The notes beneath the pieces were generated by a model. The model was not told the DNA's origin and searched no databases. It worked only from the letters and a program-made list of their open reading frames with translations. Positions 1 to 13,651 of a DNA stretch of 64,000 bases are shown here, piece after piece. The translations under genes were made by a program, and so were the position numbers. The DNA is from Narcine bancroftii (taxonomy: Eukaryota): NCBI RefSeq assembly GCF_036971445.1, contig NC_091472.1:298282001-298346000 (forward strand), given 5' to 3'. Numbering within the stretch: position 1 is the stretch's first letter; the number at the start of each line of letters is the position of its first letter.

Positions 1-1460
1 GATCTAACATCTTCTGCTATGAAGCACTCTGTGAAGCTGGTCATGCCTCACATCAACGATAGCATCTCATCCAGCCTTGATCCACTACAATGTTCCCACC
101 CATCAATACGTTTATGGCAAATGCCATCACCTGACCATCCACTTGCCCCTAGAACACTTGGGACACCTAGGACCCTTATGGTCAGACTTGTGTTCATTGA
201 CGACAACTCCACTTTCAAATCCATAGTCCTTCTTGGCTTCCAGTCTAACAGACTGCAATCAGTGAAGATGAGTAGCAACATCTCCACAATCAAACTCGAG
301 ACCAATGCTCTTCAAGGATGCGTACTCAGCCTCTACTATACTTCCTGTACACCCTTGACTATCCAGCCAAACACCATTCCAACTCTATCTTTAAGTTCAC
401 TGATGACACCACAGCCATAGGCTGAATATTAAATAATGAAGAGTCAGAATACAGAAATGAGATTGAGAACCTAGTGACATGGTGCCAAGGTAACAACCTC
501 TCATTCTCACATCATCATTAATACAAGGGAGCTGATCACAGACTTCAGGAGTTGAGGGAGAGTGATATTCAGGCCAAACTCCTGTTATCCTCAACAGCAT
601 TGAAGTGGACACCGTGGATAGTTTCACATTTTTGGGCTTGTACTTTTCCAGTGATCTGACCCGGACCAACCACATTGACACAACGGTCAAGAAAGCACAC
701 CAAAGCTTTCTTTTTTCAGAAGCCTGAGGAAGTTCGGCATGTCTCCCAAGTGCCGCAAGAACTTCTACAGCTTTAACATCAAAAGCCTACTGGCTGAATA
801 TATGGGGTTTAGTATCTTTAAAAATGGGTAATTTTCCAATCTGAATAGAATGCATCTCAGATTCCTAAAATGGAGGAAACAGCAGACTGCATAACTATTA
901 TTTCCTAAACCTATTTGGCTATGGGAAAGCTGCCAGAAGACAGACTAATGTGGTATAATTGTTTAAAAAGATGGAAAGGGATAGATCACTGGCCAATTGT
1001 ATATATGACAATGTGGTTTAGGAACTGCTCTGCCCAAGTTTGGAAGAGGCTGCAGATGATGGTGAATAAATCTCAAAACTTCATGCAACTTGATTCCATT
1101 CATCAAACCCATCTACATTTCCTGCTGCCTGGGAAAGGCAGCCAACGTTCTAAAGGATTTATCCAAACCAGGCACACCCTCTTCTCTCTCCTCCCACCAG
1201 GAAGAAAATTTACAAACAGACTTAAAACGTATTTTTCTCAGCAGCCCTCAGGTTTTTGAATTATCCTTCAACAGTATCGTTATGCTGCCCTTGCTATGTA
1301 TTAATTATTATTTTCATTGGAACACTGACCTCTGTAATTGCTCTAGCTCTCCTACTTTGTACAGTTGTACACATGTTAGAGTTAACATGCTGATCTGCTC
1401 AGGGAAAACCCCTTCTTACTGTACGAACTAGAATGTGAGAATAAATTTGAACTTGAACTT
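1..1460 (+). mobile_element. Degenerate Rex1/Babar-type LINE (RT and 3' end), interrupted at about 800-1010
   Basis: Fragments SSSLDPLQ, RLVFID..STF, QGCVLS, KFTDDT (KFADDT-like), ELITDFR; ends aataaa + ttgaac repeats. Confidence 0.75.
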
Positions 1461-1715
1461 CTCTTGCCACAGAAGTTCCCTAAGCTACTGAATATTTGCA
1501 GCATTTTTGTTTAGGACCTAGGATTCGTATGGGTTTCTAACTCTTCCTATTCTATTTCTTCTTCCCACCGTCAAATTTTGCAATTCTGTACTTTTGATGG
1601 TCATTCCATTCAGGGTTCAGGCTACATATAAATGCATTGTTGATGAGAATGGTACATTTGTATTTTTAAATGAATGTACCACTCGTTAATGTACCTTAAT
1701 GAATCAATTGATGAG

Positions 1716-1845
1716 AAAAAGACAAAAACATGCAGGAAATCTGAAATCAAAACAGAAAATGTTGGAAACATTCAGCAGCTCAAACAGTATCAGTGGAAAG
1801 ATGAATATTGTGAATATTTCTGGCTGAAGACTTCATCAGAATGGG
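1716..1845. mobile_element. Penelope-derived short repeat (one arm)
   Basis: acagaaaatgttggaaacattcagcag...cttcatcag; reverse strand reads CTGATGA...GAAA. Confidence 0.55.
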
Positions 1846-3082
1846 AAAAGAAAAAATGCATCTTGTTTTTTTTAATGACCCTCATGGTGATGTTGTCACT
1901 CAACATGGAGACTTAGGGTTCAGGAAGGGACTCTGCATGAACAGTCTTCAGAATCATAACTTGTGATCGAGGTGCACTGTGTTGGTTCCATTATTCACAT
2001 GAAATAATGTACAAACCCTGTTTCTATGTTTACAAATGGGCACATCAGATTTCAAGATTTTTTTTTGATCAAGGCTTTTTTTGATCAAGTTTGATCGTGT
2101 TCTACTGGTGTGATGTTTATCAACCAATTAAAAATCACCAACATCAACTTCATGGATTATCCAATATCTTACTGTAAAAATGAAACTTCAATCAGTACAA
2201 ATCAGTTGCTGTATTATGCTTACTGCCTGTGAAGTATCCTTGGAATTTAACAGAGCAGTATTTAAATGCAATTTTTTTTATTGTTCTGATAAGCTGAAAA
2301 GAATAATGAAAATGTTTACTCTTTTCCTTGATGGTTAAATAACCAATATTGCATTATGATGATCTTCCAACTTTTTGCTCTTGTCAGCAGCAAGAATTCG
2401 AAAAGCAATTCAGTGATGACTCTGGAGTTGCATTTAAACAAAAATCTTGATAAGTAATTTTAGTGCAGTTTGATAAATATAAATAAATATACTTTTTAAT
2501 TAAATAAATGTAATAATTTTAAAATAAGCATAATTCTGTGCCCAAAGGATCTAGATTTATTTTGTAGCCTTCTCAAAGACCCATATAAAAATGATAATTA
2601 ATTTATTCTAATTTCATTGCAGTTTTTGGGAGTGAAGCCATCTTCAAGTAGTCTTTTTTAGACCAATGAAAATACCACTAGAATGCAGTTAATTCAAGAT
2701 ATAATTTTAGATGAAAATTCCTCATTGTTTTATGTGGACACTTGTTTTAAAAACAAGTCAATATTGTGGGCAGAAACAGATTGAGCTGAGTCACATGATT
2801 GCAGAAGGGAATTTGTATTGTATTTAAAGAACAAACCAGGATAAGAATTAAAACCTGAGAACACCTGGAGGTCCATTGACATTGACCAAGTAGAATGATA
2901 TTTGTATCTGATGGCAATGATCTTGCCTGATCAAAGTTGTATCAGTGTTTGACAAAGAATTAAAGATCAATTCCTTGACAAATTTAATATCTATTTTTAC
3001 CATCTTCTTGCACGTTAAAAAAATTTGAAATTTAAAATTTGAATTGAGGAATTTAAAGATCTGATGAATTATCTAATGTTGA

Positions 3083-3220
<138 letters not shown>

Positions 3221-3659
3221 TAATATATATTTAATCTAATATATTTATATTAGATATATTTTTAATCTAATAGTTCTTTAATATATATTTCATCTAATAG
3301 TTGTTAATTTTATTCATGTTGGCTTAAATTTGCTTACTAAATAATGCTTGCAGACATTCAGGGATGAATGTATATTATTTAAACTTGATTGTCGCTGCAT
3401 CTTAATAAAGAATTGACAATATGACTCCGATTGGAGTTTGAATGGGCATGATGAGCAACAGTGGGTTCAACTCTGAATGAAGTAGAATCCATAGTGATGT
3501 GAAAATGAGCTTTTAAAAAGGTACTGTGCTGAACATTATTCCACTAGTCCCAGCACTGCCACAATTTCCCCATCCATCACTGCCACAAACACCTCCTGTC
3601 CAGTGCAGCCTCAACTGTCCAGCGTGGCCACCACAACCTCCCTGTCCAGAGACTCTTCT

Positions 3660-3765
3660 AGTCTTTGTTTCGGGCAAATCTGAGATCAGCGCAATTACTT
3701 ATGTATTATCTGAAATATTCCAAATTCCGGTCCCAAGATTTCGGATAAAAGATTCTGTACCTGTA
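3660..3765. mobile_element. End fragment of a Tc1/Tigger-like DNA transposon
   Basis: Ends ...ggataaaagattctgtacctg-ta, a CAGGTAC-type TIR with TA; partner TIR not clear. Confidence 0.4.
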
Positions 3766-3769
3766 TATC

Positions 3770-4750
3770 CTTTAGTAAGTAAGGGAGACTGCACAGAAAT
3801 CTTGGTGTGACCTTCCCAGGATCCTACACAATTCTAATAATAATTCCATTTCTCTCAACAGCAATCCTCCTACAATAAAGGCCAAAGAGTCCATTGTTTT
3901 CCTAATCCCATTGCTACCCTTGTCTGTGAACCTATTGTGGATAAATACACCAGATACCCTCTGTACTGGCTTCACCTGCAAACTTTCACTGTTTAGTGAA
4001 TATCTTTAGATTCCTCTTACTGAAGTATATAACCTCATATTTTCCACAATAAACCATTTGCCAAGTTTTTGCCCACTTACTCAACCTACCTGTATCCAGT
4101 TTTTATCCTAATTACTGCACATTGTCTGGAGGGGGGAAAAGGAACAGACTGATTTATGGAACAAAAATAAACTAATCATTAATATCATGTTACAAGTTAG
4201 TAAACCCATAAAGAAAGCAGAAATTGACATTTATTTCTAATGAGATGAAATTGCAAATTAGGCAAGTCATACTGAATATGTATGAGACCTTGGTTGGACT
4301 ACACTTGGATAAGCACCTCTAATTCAGGTTGATATATTAATAAAGGGCGCGGAAGCACTGGAGAGGGTGTAGATTGTGTTTCTTTTCGTCTGAGTAAGAA
4401 AGGCTGAAAGGTAATAAAGTCATTTAAAATGATGGAAGGTGTTGATCAAATTAATGCAGAGAGAATATTTCCACCAGTGGGAAGGAGCATAATTAATGGT
4501 CATGACTTTTCAATCATCATCAAGAAATCCTGCTGAGAATACAAACAAAAACTCCTGATGCAAACTGGTGAGATTGTGGAACTTCGCAATAAAAGTAACA
4601 GGGAAAGCAACTGGAAGAGATGCATTCAAGAGAAGGCCTGACAAGTATACAAAGTTATTGAGGTTCATGCTAGGGATGAGAAAAGATGAAGGGGCCTCAG
4701 GTGAAACAGGCCTGGTTCCTGTCTCATTCCTCCTGTGCAATTGTATGAAT
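3770..4750. mobile_element. Two old CR1 fragments (about 3770-4100 minus; about 4200-4750 plus)
   Basis: Degenerate RT C-terminal/3' CR1 text (DSLAFIVGG..., VRLWN..., DAFKRR.DKY). Confidence 0.55.
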
Positions 4751-5593
4751 CCAGAATCCAATTTAGAATCTGATAGTTATTAATAACAACTGATGGATCC
4801 TAAAGATTGCTGTCAAGATATTGCATCTTTTGAACTAATTAGTAATTTATGTACACATTTGCTTCTTGTTCCTCTTGTGCTCATTATAGGTTTTTTTTCA
4901 AAAATGCACTAATATAGTTATTGAAATACAAAGAATAGACAGTAAAAACCCTTACAAGCTTAATCTATAAATGTTGATAATTGAACTACAATTATGTCTT
5001 GTTCAAAAAAACAAACCTATTGCTTCCAGCATGACTACCTGGAAATATTCATCTCTAGACTGAAACTATTTATCCACTTTTGGAATCAATCTACCATACT
5101 TGCTGGAGCAAAACTTACTTTGCAATGGCAGGGACAAAATCAGTCAAATCATAAAATGCTTAGTTATGGGTAAATTTATTTCTTTTAATTTCTTTGTTGA
5201 TGTTAATATTTATTGTGCATTCAATGTATTTTCCCTAAATAGTTAATCTTTGCTGTTTTCTTTGCAAAATGATTTTTGAAAATGGGAGTGTGATCATAAG
5301 TTGAGAAGGGAGAAGACATGTGGTGCTGGCACAGGTTCCTTCCTGTTACATTCAGTTTACTATTTAAATATATTGACAAATAACTCAAAGAAATAATCCG
5401 TTCAACTTCCATCATTTATTGTTGACCCATCTTATTCTGGTTTTTTTTTCCCCCATACTGTCATTTGAATGAAAAAATAGGAAAACTTGACTTGGGTTTA
5501 ACACTACATTGCTGTAAAACATGGTAATGAAGGATAACTGTTCATCTTTTTCTTTTCTACCTTTGAAATTTTTCTGCTATGTTTCAACAAATT

Positions 5594-6160
5594 TTAGAAC
5601 ACTACAGCACAGAACAGGCCCTTTGGCCTTCAATGTCGTGCCAACTCACATATTCCTTTTAAAAAAAATACTAAACCCTCCCTACCCTTTTACCCTCTAT
5701 TTTTCTTCCATCCATGTGCCTGTCTAGGAGTCTCTTAAATGCCCCTAATGTTTCAGCCTCCACCATCATCCCCAGCAAGGCATTCCAGGTGCCCACAACA
5801 CTGCATTTATATTAAAAAAATATATTCCCTTAATATCTCCCCTAGACTTTCCTCCCTTCACTTTGTACTCATGTCCTCTGGTGTTTGCCATTCCTGCCCT
5901 GGGAAACAGGTGCTGGATATCCATCCTATCTATGCCTTTCATAATCTTGTAGACCTCTATTAAGTCTCCTCTCATCCTTCTTCGCTCCAAAGAAAAAAGT
6001 CCTAGTTCTGCTAACCTTGCCTCATAAGACTTATTTTGCAATCCAAGTAATCTCCTCTGCACCCTCTCCATAGCTTTCCATGTACTTTTTGTAATGAGGT
6101 GACCAGAATGGAACATAATACTCTCAAGTGTTGTCTCACCAGAATTTTGTAGGGAACTCA
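5594..6160 (-). mobile_element. 5'-truncated CR1 LINE
   Basis: ORF 5766..6161: ERVQRR...SYEARLAELGLFSLERRRMRGDLIEVYKIMKG...TRGH, the CR1 ORF2 C-terminus. Confidence 0.9.
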
Positions 6161-6474
6161 AGCCCCCTATATTGTGAACTGCTGTTTAGGAATTTTATGA
6201 AAAGTTGGATCCAAACTTAGAATGGTGCATCATTTTAAGTGTAAAATTGTGTCTCAATAATATACTGATCGTAGAGGCACAATTGAAAAGTATTCAACCT
6301 GAGTAAAAGGCTACTGACTTTGGATGCAATACACAAACATGCTGGAGAAACTCAGCAGGTCATGCAGCTAAGAAGTAAAGGGTAACCAATGTGACTTTAG
6401 ATTTTTTTTTTGCAAATGTGCTTAAATATGATAATGTGTGAGAACGTGAACTGAATATGTTAAAAAGAATAACA

Positions 6475-6622
6475 GTAAACACTCCGAAATGCTGGAGAAA
6501 CTCAGCTGGTCTTTTCAGCATCGAATGATTTCTCTCCAGGCCGAGTACCATGGAATGGCACTGGGGATATCGTTTGATGCTGCAAAACCAGCTGAGTTCC
6601 TCCAGCATTTTGGTGTGTTTAC
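6475..6622. repeat. Long inverted-repeat hairpin element (Penelope-derived MITE-like family); a further single arm at about 6320-6400
   Basis: Arm gtaaacactccgaaatgctggagaaactcagctggtcttttcagcatc pairs with gatgctgcaaaaccagctgagttcctccagcattttggtgtgtttac. Confidence 0.8.
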
Positions 6623-6774
6623 CACAATCACAGGGATTGACGCCTATCGTGTTTCACAACGAATAACAGTGTCAAGTCAAAAGGTACATGAATATCACTC
6701 ATATGATTGGAAAGAAGCTTACAATATCAAAAGCTTGCATTAATTTATCTCATTTCCCTCCTATCATATTTTAG

Positions 6775-6884
6775 AGCTATTTTTGGGAAATGACAAGTGG
6801 AGTGGAAGAAACCCCACCTGGTATCATTAATAAGGAACATATTATATTTGGAAATATTCAGGAGATCTATGAATTTCACAATAA
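6775..6884 (+). CDS. KALRN: Kalirin DH1 exon: [36 protein letters not shown](N)
   Basis: tttag / gtaagt, 110 nt, phase 0 to 2, continuous with neighbouring exons. Confidence 0.95.
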
Positions 6885-8089
6885 GTAAGTGTTGGAGGAA
6901 TTTTGTGTGTCTCCTTGCATTTAAAGTCTGCCTTTCACAGTTAATTGTAGCTCAGACCAAGACATCGGACTGAGGAAAGCTCGTAAAGCAATGGTGAGAT
7001 TCACGAACAAGTTGGTTTATTCTGGTCCATTGAAAAATTAGCTCAAGTGTGCACACTCTAAGAACCTAAATATTTTCCAGCAATTTATAATACTGCTTTG
7101 TACTAGTTAGAATATTCGCATACTGCTATTAAAATTTTAAACCAAGTTTGGATCCGTAAAGAGAAAAAAGTCAATGTTTGGGGCCTGCCACCCTCAAATC
7201 TGGCAAATAAATCACAGGCCCCAAACCTTGACGGTTTCCCATTCGAGAAAATCTCTTTGAATTGCTTAGAGTTTCAGTATTTCTATGTTTTATACTTCCA
7301 GCATCTGCACATTTTTCTAAGATTTTCATGCCTGCCTAATTTGACGATTTTTAAAGAAAGGAGATTGTTTAGAAGAAACATTCAGTGTCCCCTATTTATG
7401 TGACTTCTCTAATAGTCAACATTTGATTAACCTGCACTGTGGTTTAGACAATTTGTACAATGTTCTTATTTCTGTATTTGGGAACCATTCAAATTCTTAA
7501 CATATTTTAAATAAACAACCTTGTCACATAGCCAGTAAGTCTAAATATCACACTTTCACTGAACTGGCCCCAAATCTTAGCACATGTAACCAGGAGGAAG
7601 GTTGGATTCACAATCCTGATTTGTATAAGTGATTGGAAGTTTTATTGTTTCTTGATCTATGGTCATGCACACAAACCATAAGCTGATGCCATGCTTCCAA
7701 ACAACATGTAATTCTTGGTATTTACAATGATTAAATTGCAAATAATAAGCACAATGTTGAAGTCACTGTCCTAACAATTGGATTGTGTCTTTGTTGGGCA
7801 CAACTGTGGTGGAGATTGCAATGCTGCATCTAATAGGTCCCATGGCATCCCTGAGGCAAAAAGGTATATAACTTCATTAACATTATTTGTAAGCAATGGC
7901 CAGTCCCCATGCTCCCAGAGCCATATACATGATTGTGATCAGTCCATCAAAATTTTTGAGCTTCAAAAGCCATAAGATGGCTCAGCAGGAATTCTCATTG
8001 TTGGTATGAAAGAACTTGGAAGGCAGTGAAAAGGTGTTGATGTAGTGGTGAGGAAGCATATCTGTGCTTTGTAGCTTTGCAAGCTTTGT

Positions 8090-9058
8090 AGCCAGCTCTT
8101 CAGCGCTTGACGTCCTGCTTTGCGGAAACTGCCAAAATGTTTGGCCTGGAAGTCAGCCTGAAGAAAACTGAGGTCCTCCATCAGCCAGCTCCCCACCATG
8201 ATTACCAGCCCCCCCACATCTCCATCGGGCACACAAAACTCAAAACGGTCAACCAGTTTACCTATCTCGGCTGCACCATTTCATCAGATGCAAGGATCGA
8301 CAATGAGATAGACAACAGACTCGCCAAGGCAAATAGCGCCTTTGGAAGACTACACAAAAGAGTCTGGAAAAACAACCAACTGAAAAACCTCACAAAGATA
8401 AGCGTATACAGAGCCGTTGTCATACCCACACTCCTGTTCGGCTCCGAATCATGGGTCCTCTACCGGCACCACCTACGGCTCCTAGAACGCTTCCACCAGC
8501 GTTGTCTCCGCTCCATCCTCAACATCCATTGGAGCGCTTACATCCCTAACGTCGAAGTACTCGAGATGGCAGAGGTCGACAGCATCAAGTCCACGCTGCT
8601 GAAGATCCAGCTGCGCTGGATGGGTCACGTCTCCAGAATGGAGGACCATCGCCTTCCCAAGATCGTGTTATATGGCGAGCTCTCCACTGGCCACCGTGAC
8701 AGAGGTGCACCAAAGAAAAGGTACAAGGACTGCCTAAAGAAATCTCTTGGTGCCTGCCACATTGACCACCGCCAGTGGGCTGATAACGCCTCAAACCGTG
8801 CATCTTGGCACCTCACAGTTTGGTGGGCAGCAACCTCCTTTGAAGAAGACCGCAGAGCCCACCTCACTGACAAAAGGCAAAGGAGGAAAAACCCAACACC
8901 CAACCCCAACCAACCAATTTTCCCCTGCAACCGCTGCAATCGTGTCTGCCTGTCCCGCATCGGACTTGTCAGCCACAAACGAGCCTGCAGCTGACGTGGA
9001 CTTTTTTTACCCCCTCCATAAATCTTCGTCCGCAAAGCCAAGCCAAAGAAAGAAAGAA
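8090..9058 (+). mobile_element. Young 5'-truncated RTE-clade LINE, copy 1
   Basis: Uninterrupted 295-aa frame (FGLEVSLKKTE, FTYLG, LLFGSESW, QLRWMGHV, LYGEL, CxxC...HxxxC); (GAAA)n tail; TSD agctttgcaa at 8073-8082 and 9059-9068. Confidence 0.95.
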
Positions 9059-9536
9059 AGCTTTGCAATCAGGTGAGTTTAAAAAAAAACCATCCTCAAC
9101 ATTATCTTTATAGTGGCAGGCACCATTGGAACTTGAAAGAGAATTGCCTTAGTTGCTGGGTGCTGGAAAACCTGTCACATACATAGGGTAATGCTAATCA
9201 CAATACAACTTTACAAAGGGGATAAAAACAAACATTAAGCAACCAATTTCTGCATGCAATGGTCTTAACAGCAGATCTAATTGCTTTCCCTGGTTGCCTA
9301 CAGAAGAGTCCCAAGCCATAAGGAAAGTTAAACAACTCTGCTTGGGTAGGCAAGATGTTACGAGCCCAGAGGACTCTAAAACCCAGCAGTAATAGCTATT
9401 CACCAAGATAAATGGTTATTTAAACAAAAGTTGTTTTTAATTATCTTTAAACATGAAAACAGAATCACACTTTGACTTATCACTATTGACTTAACTAACC
9501 TAGCCTAACTCCCTTCTAATTCTAAGTGCATGTGTA

Positions 9537-9540
<4 letters not shown>

Positions 9541-9592
<52 letters not shown>
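9541..9592. repeat. (GT)n microsatellite
   Basis: Perfect GT run, about 26 units. Confidence 0.98.
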
Positions 9593-9594
<2 letters not shown>

Positions 9595-10067
9595 GTTCAG
9601 AAAAGTTCTTTGATTCTCAGTCCAATCTCATTTCTTATTCCTCCAAGTTCACTGGTTGCAGGCAATTCTTATACTTTGCACAAAATTTAACATTTATAAA
9701 GATTACCAGGCTTTGGTGCTTGAATGGTAAATGGTTACCGCTCAGGAAGGTTCTTGTTGGTTTTCAGAGAGACATTTGTTGTTCCAGGACACCCACAACT
9801 GATTTATTTCTATCAGCCACTCCAGTGACGAAACTTGCCCCCTCAGGGTTCTCCAGATGATGACCTCTTTCTTTCAGGTCATCAAGAGTTCCTTTTTGTT
9901 TCTTTTATTCCAAGTGAAACATTAGACAGCCAGTCCTCTCCTCTTGCATGAACCACAAGGGCTTTGACAAGGCTGAACCAAGCACTCATAACTTGTCTTC
10001 CAAAATGGGGTTTTCCACAAGGTTGCCAGCTTGTCCTGGTCCAGTCCTAGCTGCTGTTGCTGACTAT

Positions 10068-10069
<2 letters not shown>

Positions 10070-10141
<72 letters not shown>
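10070..10141. repeat. (CT)n microsatellite
   Basis: Perfect CT run, about 35 units. Confidence 0.98.
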
Positions 10142-10149
<8 letters not shown>

Positions 10150-10694
10150 GAGAGAAAGCCTTTTTGACTCTCTCTGCTTGCAAAACCACATGGCTCTCTT
10201 AGAACAGCAAGTTCCCTTCCAGACAGAATTCTGCTCCGACAAGCTCTTTCATCTGTTGCCTTTTTGTAAACAACAATCCATAAGTGAAGTCTCTTGGGCA
10301 CTCTCCAAAGCTTTTGCAAAGATTGTTGGCCCCGATATGTCTTGCATGAGCAGAGCTCCAGTATTTTAAATAAGATCTGTTTTAAAGTGTTTGTATGTGA
10401 CCTATACGAACAAACCTTGCCCCAATTTATCTCCCAAAAACATATCTATATTCTGTTATTGAAACCTTTGATTGCTGTTTGTTCTTGTAAATTTGGCACG
10501 TGATCTGCTATATGGAACAGTGTGTTTCAGTTTTCAAAGAATCAATTTTATGTTTAAAATTTAAAATTTATTTTTCAAAGCTCATGTAAAATTTGATCTA
10601 CTTGATTCAACTACTGTGCTTACAATTCATAATATAATTTGTCTAAAGGTTGTGTCATGGCTCCAAACCTTCATTTCAGTTCTAATGAACTAAA

Positions 10695-13410
10695 TTTTTT
10701 TTGTAATATATTTTATTTATCATTTTAAATCAACAATCATACCGAATGCAAAACATCAAGAGAACCCCTCCCCTCTGTAAATGTTCTAATAAACAGAAAG
10801 AACGAAGAAAAAGAAACACAAAAAAAAAAGCATCCCATTGTAAGTGTGTACAGTAAAACATCCGGAGACTCGATAATACTACAATGTAAACATTTTTACA
10901 GAGGTCTACGAGCTAGCCAGTAGTGATCGTAACCCTATATGGTCACCAATGAGGTACCTGTATGCTCTAAATAAGGCTGCCAGATATTTAGGAAGGTGTT
11001 ATATCCATTCCTGAGATTGTATGTGACCTTTTCAAGTGTAGCTTTCCAGCTCCAAAGACCACCTATCCATGAGTAGATGGGAGTCAGACTTTCATGCTAC
11101 TGCTATACACTTCCTGGCCACACTTAAGGCAATTGTTGTGAATTTAATTTGAGAATTAGTTAGTGATCTACCAACCGTGGTAAAGTTTCCTAGAAGGCAA
11201 AGCTCTGGGACTACTGGGAAGTTGACTCCTATTATCTTGGTTAAGTTGTCACAGAGGATATACCTGAAGGGACTCACCTTCATGCAAAGCCAAGTAGAAT
11301 GTAAAAAGCAACCAGCCTCTACATCATACCTAAAATACCTCTGATAATTCAGGTTAATATTGATGTAATTTCTGGGGTGAGGTACAGTTGATGGAGAAAT
11401 TATAACAGACCAATCTATACCTGGCATTGATAGTGGTGTTATGAACTAATAAAATCTTATTAGAACTAACAAAGGAACAGCAATGGAAAATTCACCATAC
11501 AATGGTAAATTCAAAATAATAGTTTGTATTAAACTATCAATAACATAACATTTCTTACTTATCTCTAAACATAACTATTTTAAACCCCATTATGCCCAAA
11601 TGTATATATGTGTTTGTGTATGCTTAAATTCATACCATTACAGTTTAAGGTTAATTATGAAAAGTCGAGTTTCAAACATCTTATTGAACTTGAGGATACT
11701 TTTTAAATCACAGCTCAGAGCTAATTATGAAGCACTTTTAAACATTATATCTTCAGATCTCTTTAAACTCACAAGTCTCTTGATGAGGAGTCTTTCAGAG
11801 ACATATTCTTCAAACAGGCGTGACCATCTTCTGGACACAAATGAGGCTGCCTCTCTTAAAAGAGAGATCGGAAGTGGTCTTACTTATTTAAAAGCCATTG
11901 ATGTTGTGTATCTCTTATGATAAGGATGCTACAACACAGAACAGCAACTACCTCTTTCTAGAGATTATTGTGCCAATCCTGTCTTTCCAGGATGTTGTTT
12001 CTTCAATCTCTTCAGTCTTCTGATTCAAAATGTCTCTCTACCTTCAGTATATAGTTCTCTGACATCATGTGTCTTGATGTCACCACTGTTTTCAGTTCAT
12101 TTATGCAAAACCTCCTGCCTTTCTGAAAAACCACTCAATATCCATAAAAACATCTGACCACATCTCTGTTCAAGTGGCTTAAGTGGTTTATAATTCTGGA
12201 ACTCTGATGATCACAAGCAAAAGCCTGTTTATGTTTAAACAGATGGCTTCCTTCAGCAGTTCTTCTTGAGTACCTTTATACTTCAGTTTTTAATAAAGCA
12301 AACATTCCATTGTTCTTGAATCAATTCAAACCCACTTCAGTTCCACTAGCTCTGCCTTTCCAAGACACATCAACTCTAAAAATTACCTCACATCTGAGTG
12401 TATTGTGAATGTAATGTGACCTGCGTGTGACTCTATACCAGCCCACAACTAACTTACTAAGAATACCTACACAATATTTCAACTCTATAAGTTACTTTAC
12501 TAAGAAATATATATTTTATAACTAAAGATTTTAACTTTAGTAAATCAGTTACAGTAGCCAACAAACTTCCCTGACATAGATCTGACCAGAGTTGTTCATC
12601 AGTTGTTGTGTCTAAGTCTGACTCCCATCTCACCTTAGATTTCTGCAAACCTGGCTTTAGTTCTCACTCATCACTGAAAAATACATTCTAGAAATAAACA
12701 TATACATTTCCTTCATGGAGTAGTTTCTCCTTTTCAGTGAGTCCCAGTAGAGTAATTTCAGGTCCCGAATTGGCCCTAAGGAAGGATCGTAACTGAAGGT
12801 AACAAAAAAAAAGCTTTATTGGACAAATCATACGAAAAGTTAATTTTCATAACAATCCTCCATACGTTGTATCCCCTTATGATACCAAGATTCCAAAATT
12901 TTATTATTGAAAGTAATGGGTATAAGTTCATTCTGTCTTAAAGGTGCCCTCGGTGACAATCCTCTTCAATCCAGAGTCTGCAAATGTCTCACACCATATT
13001 TTTACCATGTTTTAAAATAGAATTGTCTGTCCTGCTGGCTATAAGTCTGGAATTCTCCAGGAAGGGGGTATCATCCCTCTCAAAAAATGAAGAAATTAAT
13101 CTTATTTGGGTCACCAAATAATACTTATTGAAACTAGGCAACTGGGTGCCTCCTAACCTATAATCCCATGTTAACTTTTCCATGGATATTCTAGGTATCT
13201 TACAATTCCAAATAAATTTCCCAACATGCTTATTAAGGGTTTTAAAAAAAGGTTTGAGATAAAAAAATTGGAAAGGACTGGAAAAGGTTCTGCAATCTTA
13301 GCAATATATTCATCTTTACACAGTTGACACTGCCAATTAGTGATGGGCAAATTCATCCACCTAATCAAGTGTTCTTCAATTTTACTGAGTAGCAGGAGGT
13401 AATTGGGTTT
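10695..13410 (-). mobile_element. Degenerate L1-clade LINE, split by an LTR insertion
   Basis: Fragments WMNLP, GGTQLPSFNKYY, WESDL...LWSDLC, ALSVARKCIAV; T-rich tail at left end. Confidence 0.8.
11437..12553 (-). mobile_element. Solo LTR inserted in the L1
   Basis: TGTTA...TTACA termini; 4-bp TSD gtgg/gtag; removal rejoins the L1 frame SLLAT-INARYRLV. Confidence 0.7.
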
Positions 13411-13581
13411 ATATCAGTAAAGTACTTTCTTGAAAATGTCAGTTCATCAAGGTTTATTAATCTTTTATATGAATGATACCCAGACCAGAAACCGCAGTAC
13501 ACTGAAATTAAAACAGAGCACAGAAATAGTGCAACAATGCAATAGGGGTTGTAAATAATTGAAGCTGTGTATTTATTTCAG

Positions 13582-13651
13582 CACCTTCCTGAAAGAACTG
13601 GAGAAATATGAACAGTTGCCAGAAGATGTGGGCCACTGTTTTGTCACTTGG
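13582..13651 (+). CDS. KALRN: Kalirin DH1 exon: [23 protein letters not shown]
   Basis: tttcag / gtgagt, 70 nt, phase 2 to 0. Confidence 0.96.

Larger units (their letters stand above)
9356..10458 (-). mobile_element. Solo LTR-like element containing (GT)n and (CT)n microsatellites
   Basis: Begins TGTTACG; homologous to 17410-18051 (shared actggttgcaggcaattctt, aaatggttacc.ctcagga, gacgaaacttgcccc). Confidence 0.65.

Noticed and set aside
9543-10319. VCVC, ERER and SLSL ORFs
   Set aside because: Translations of dinucleotide microsatellites.
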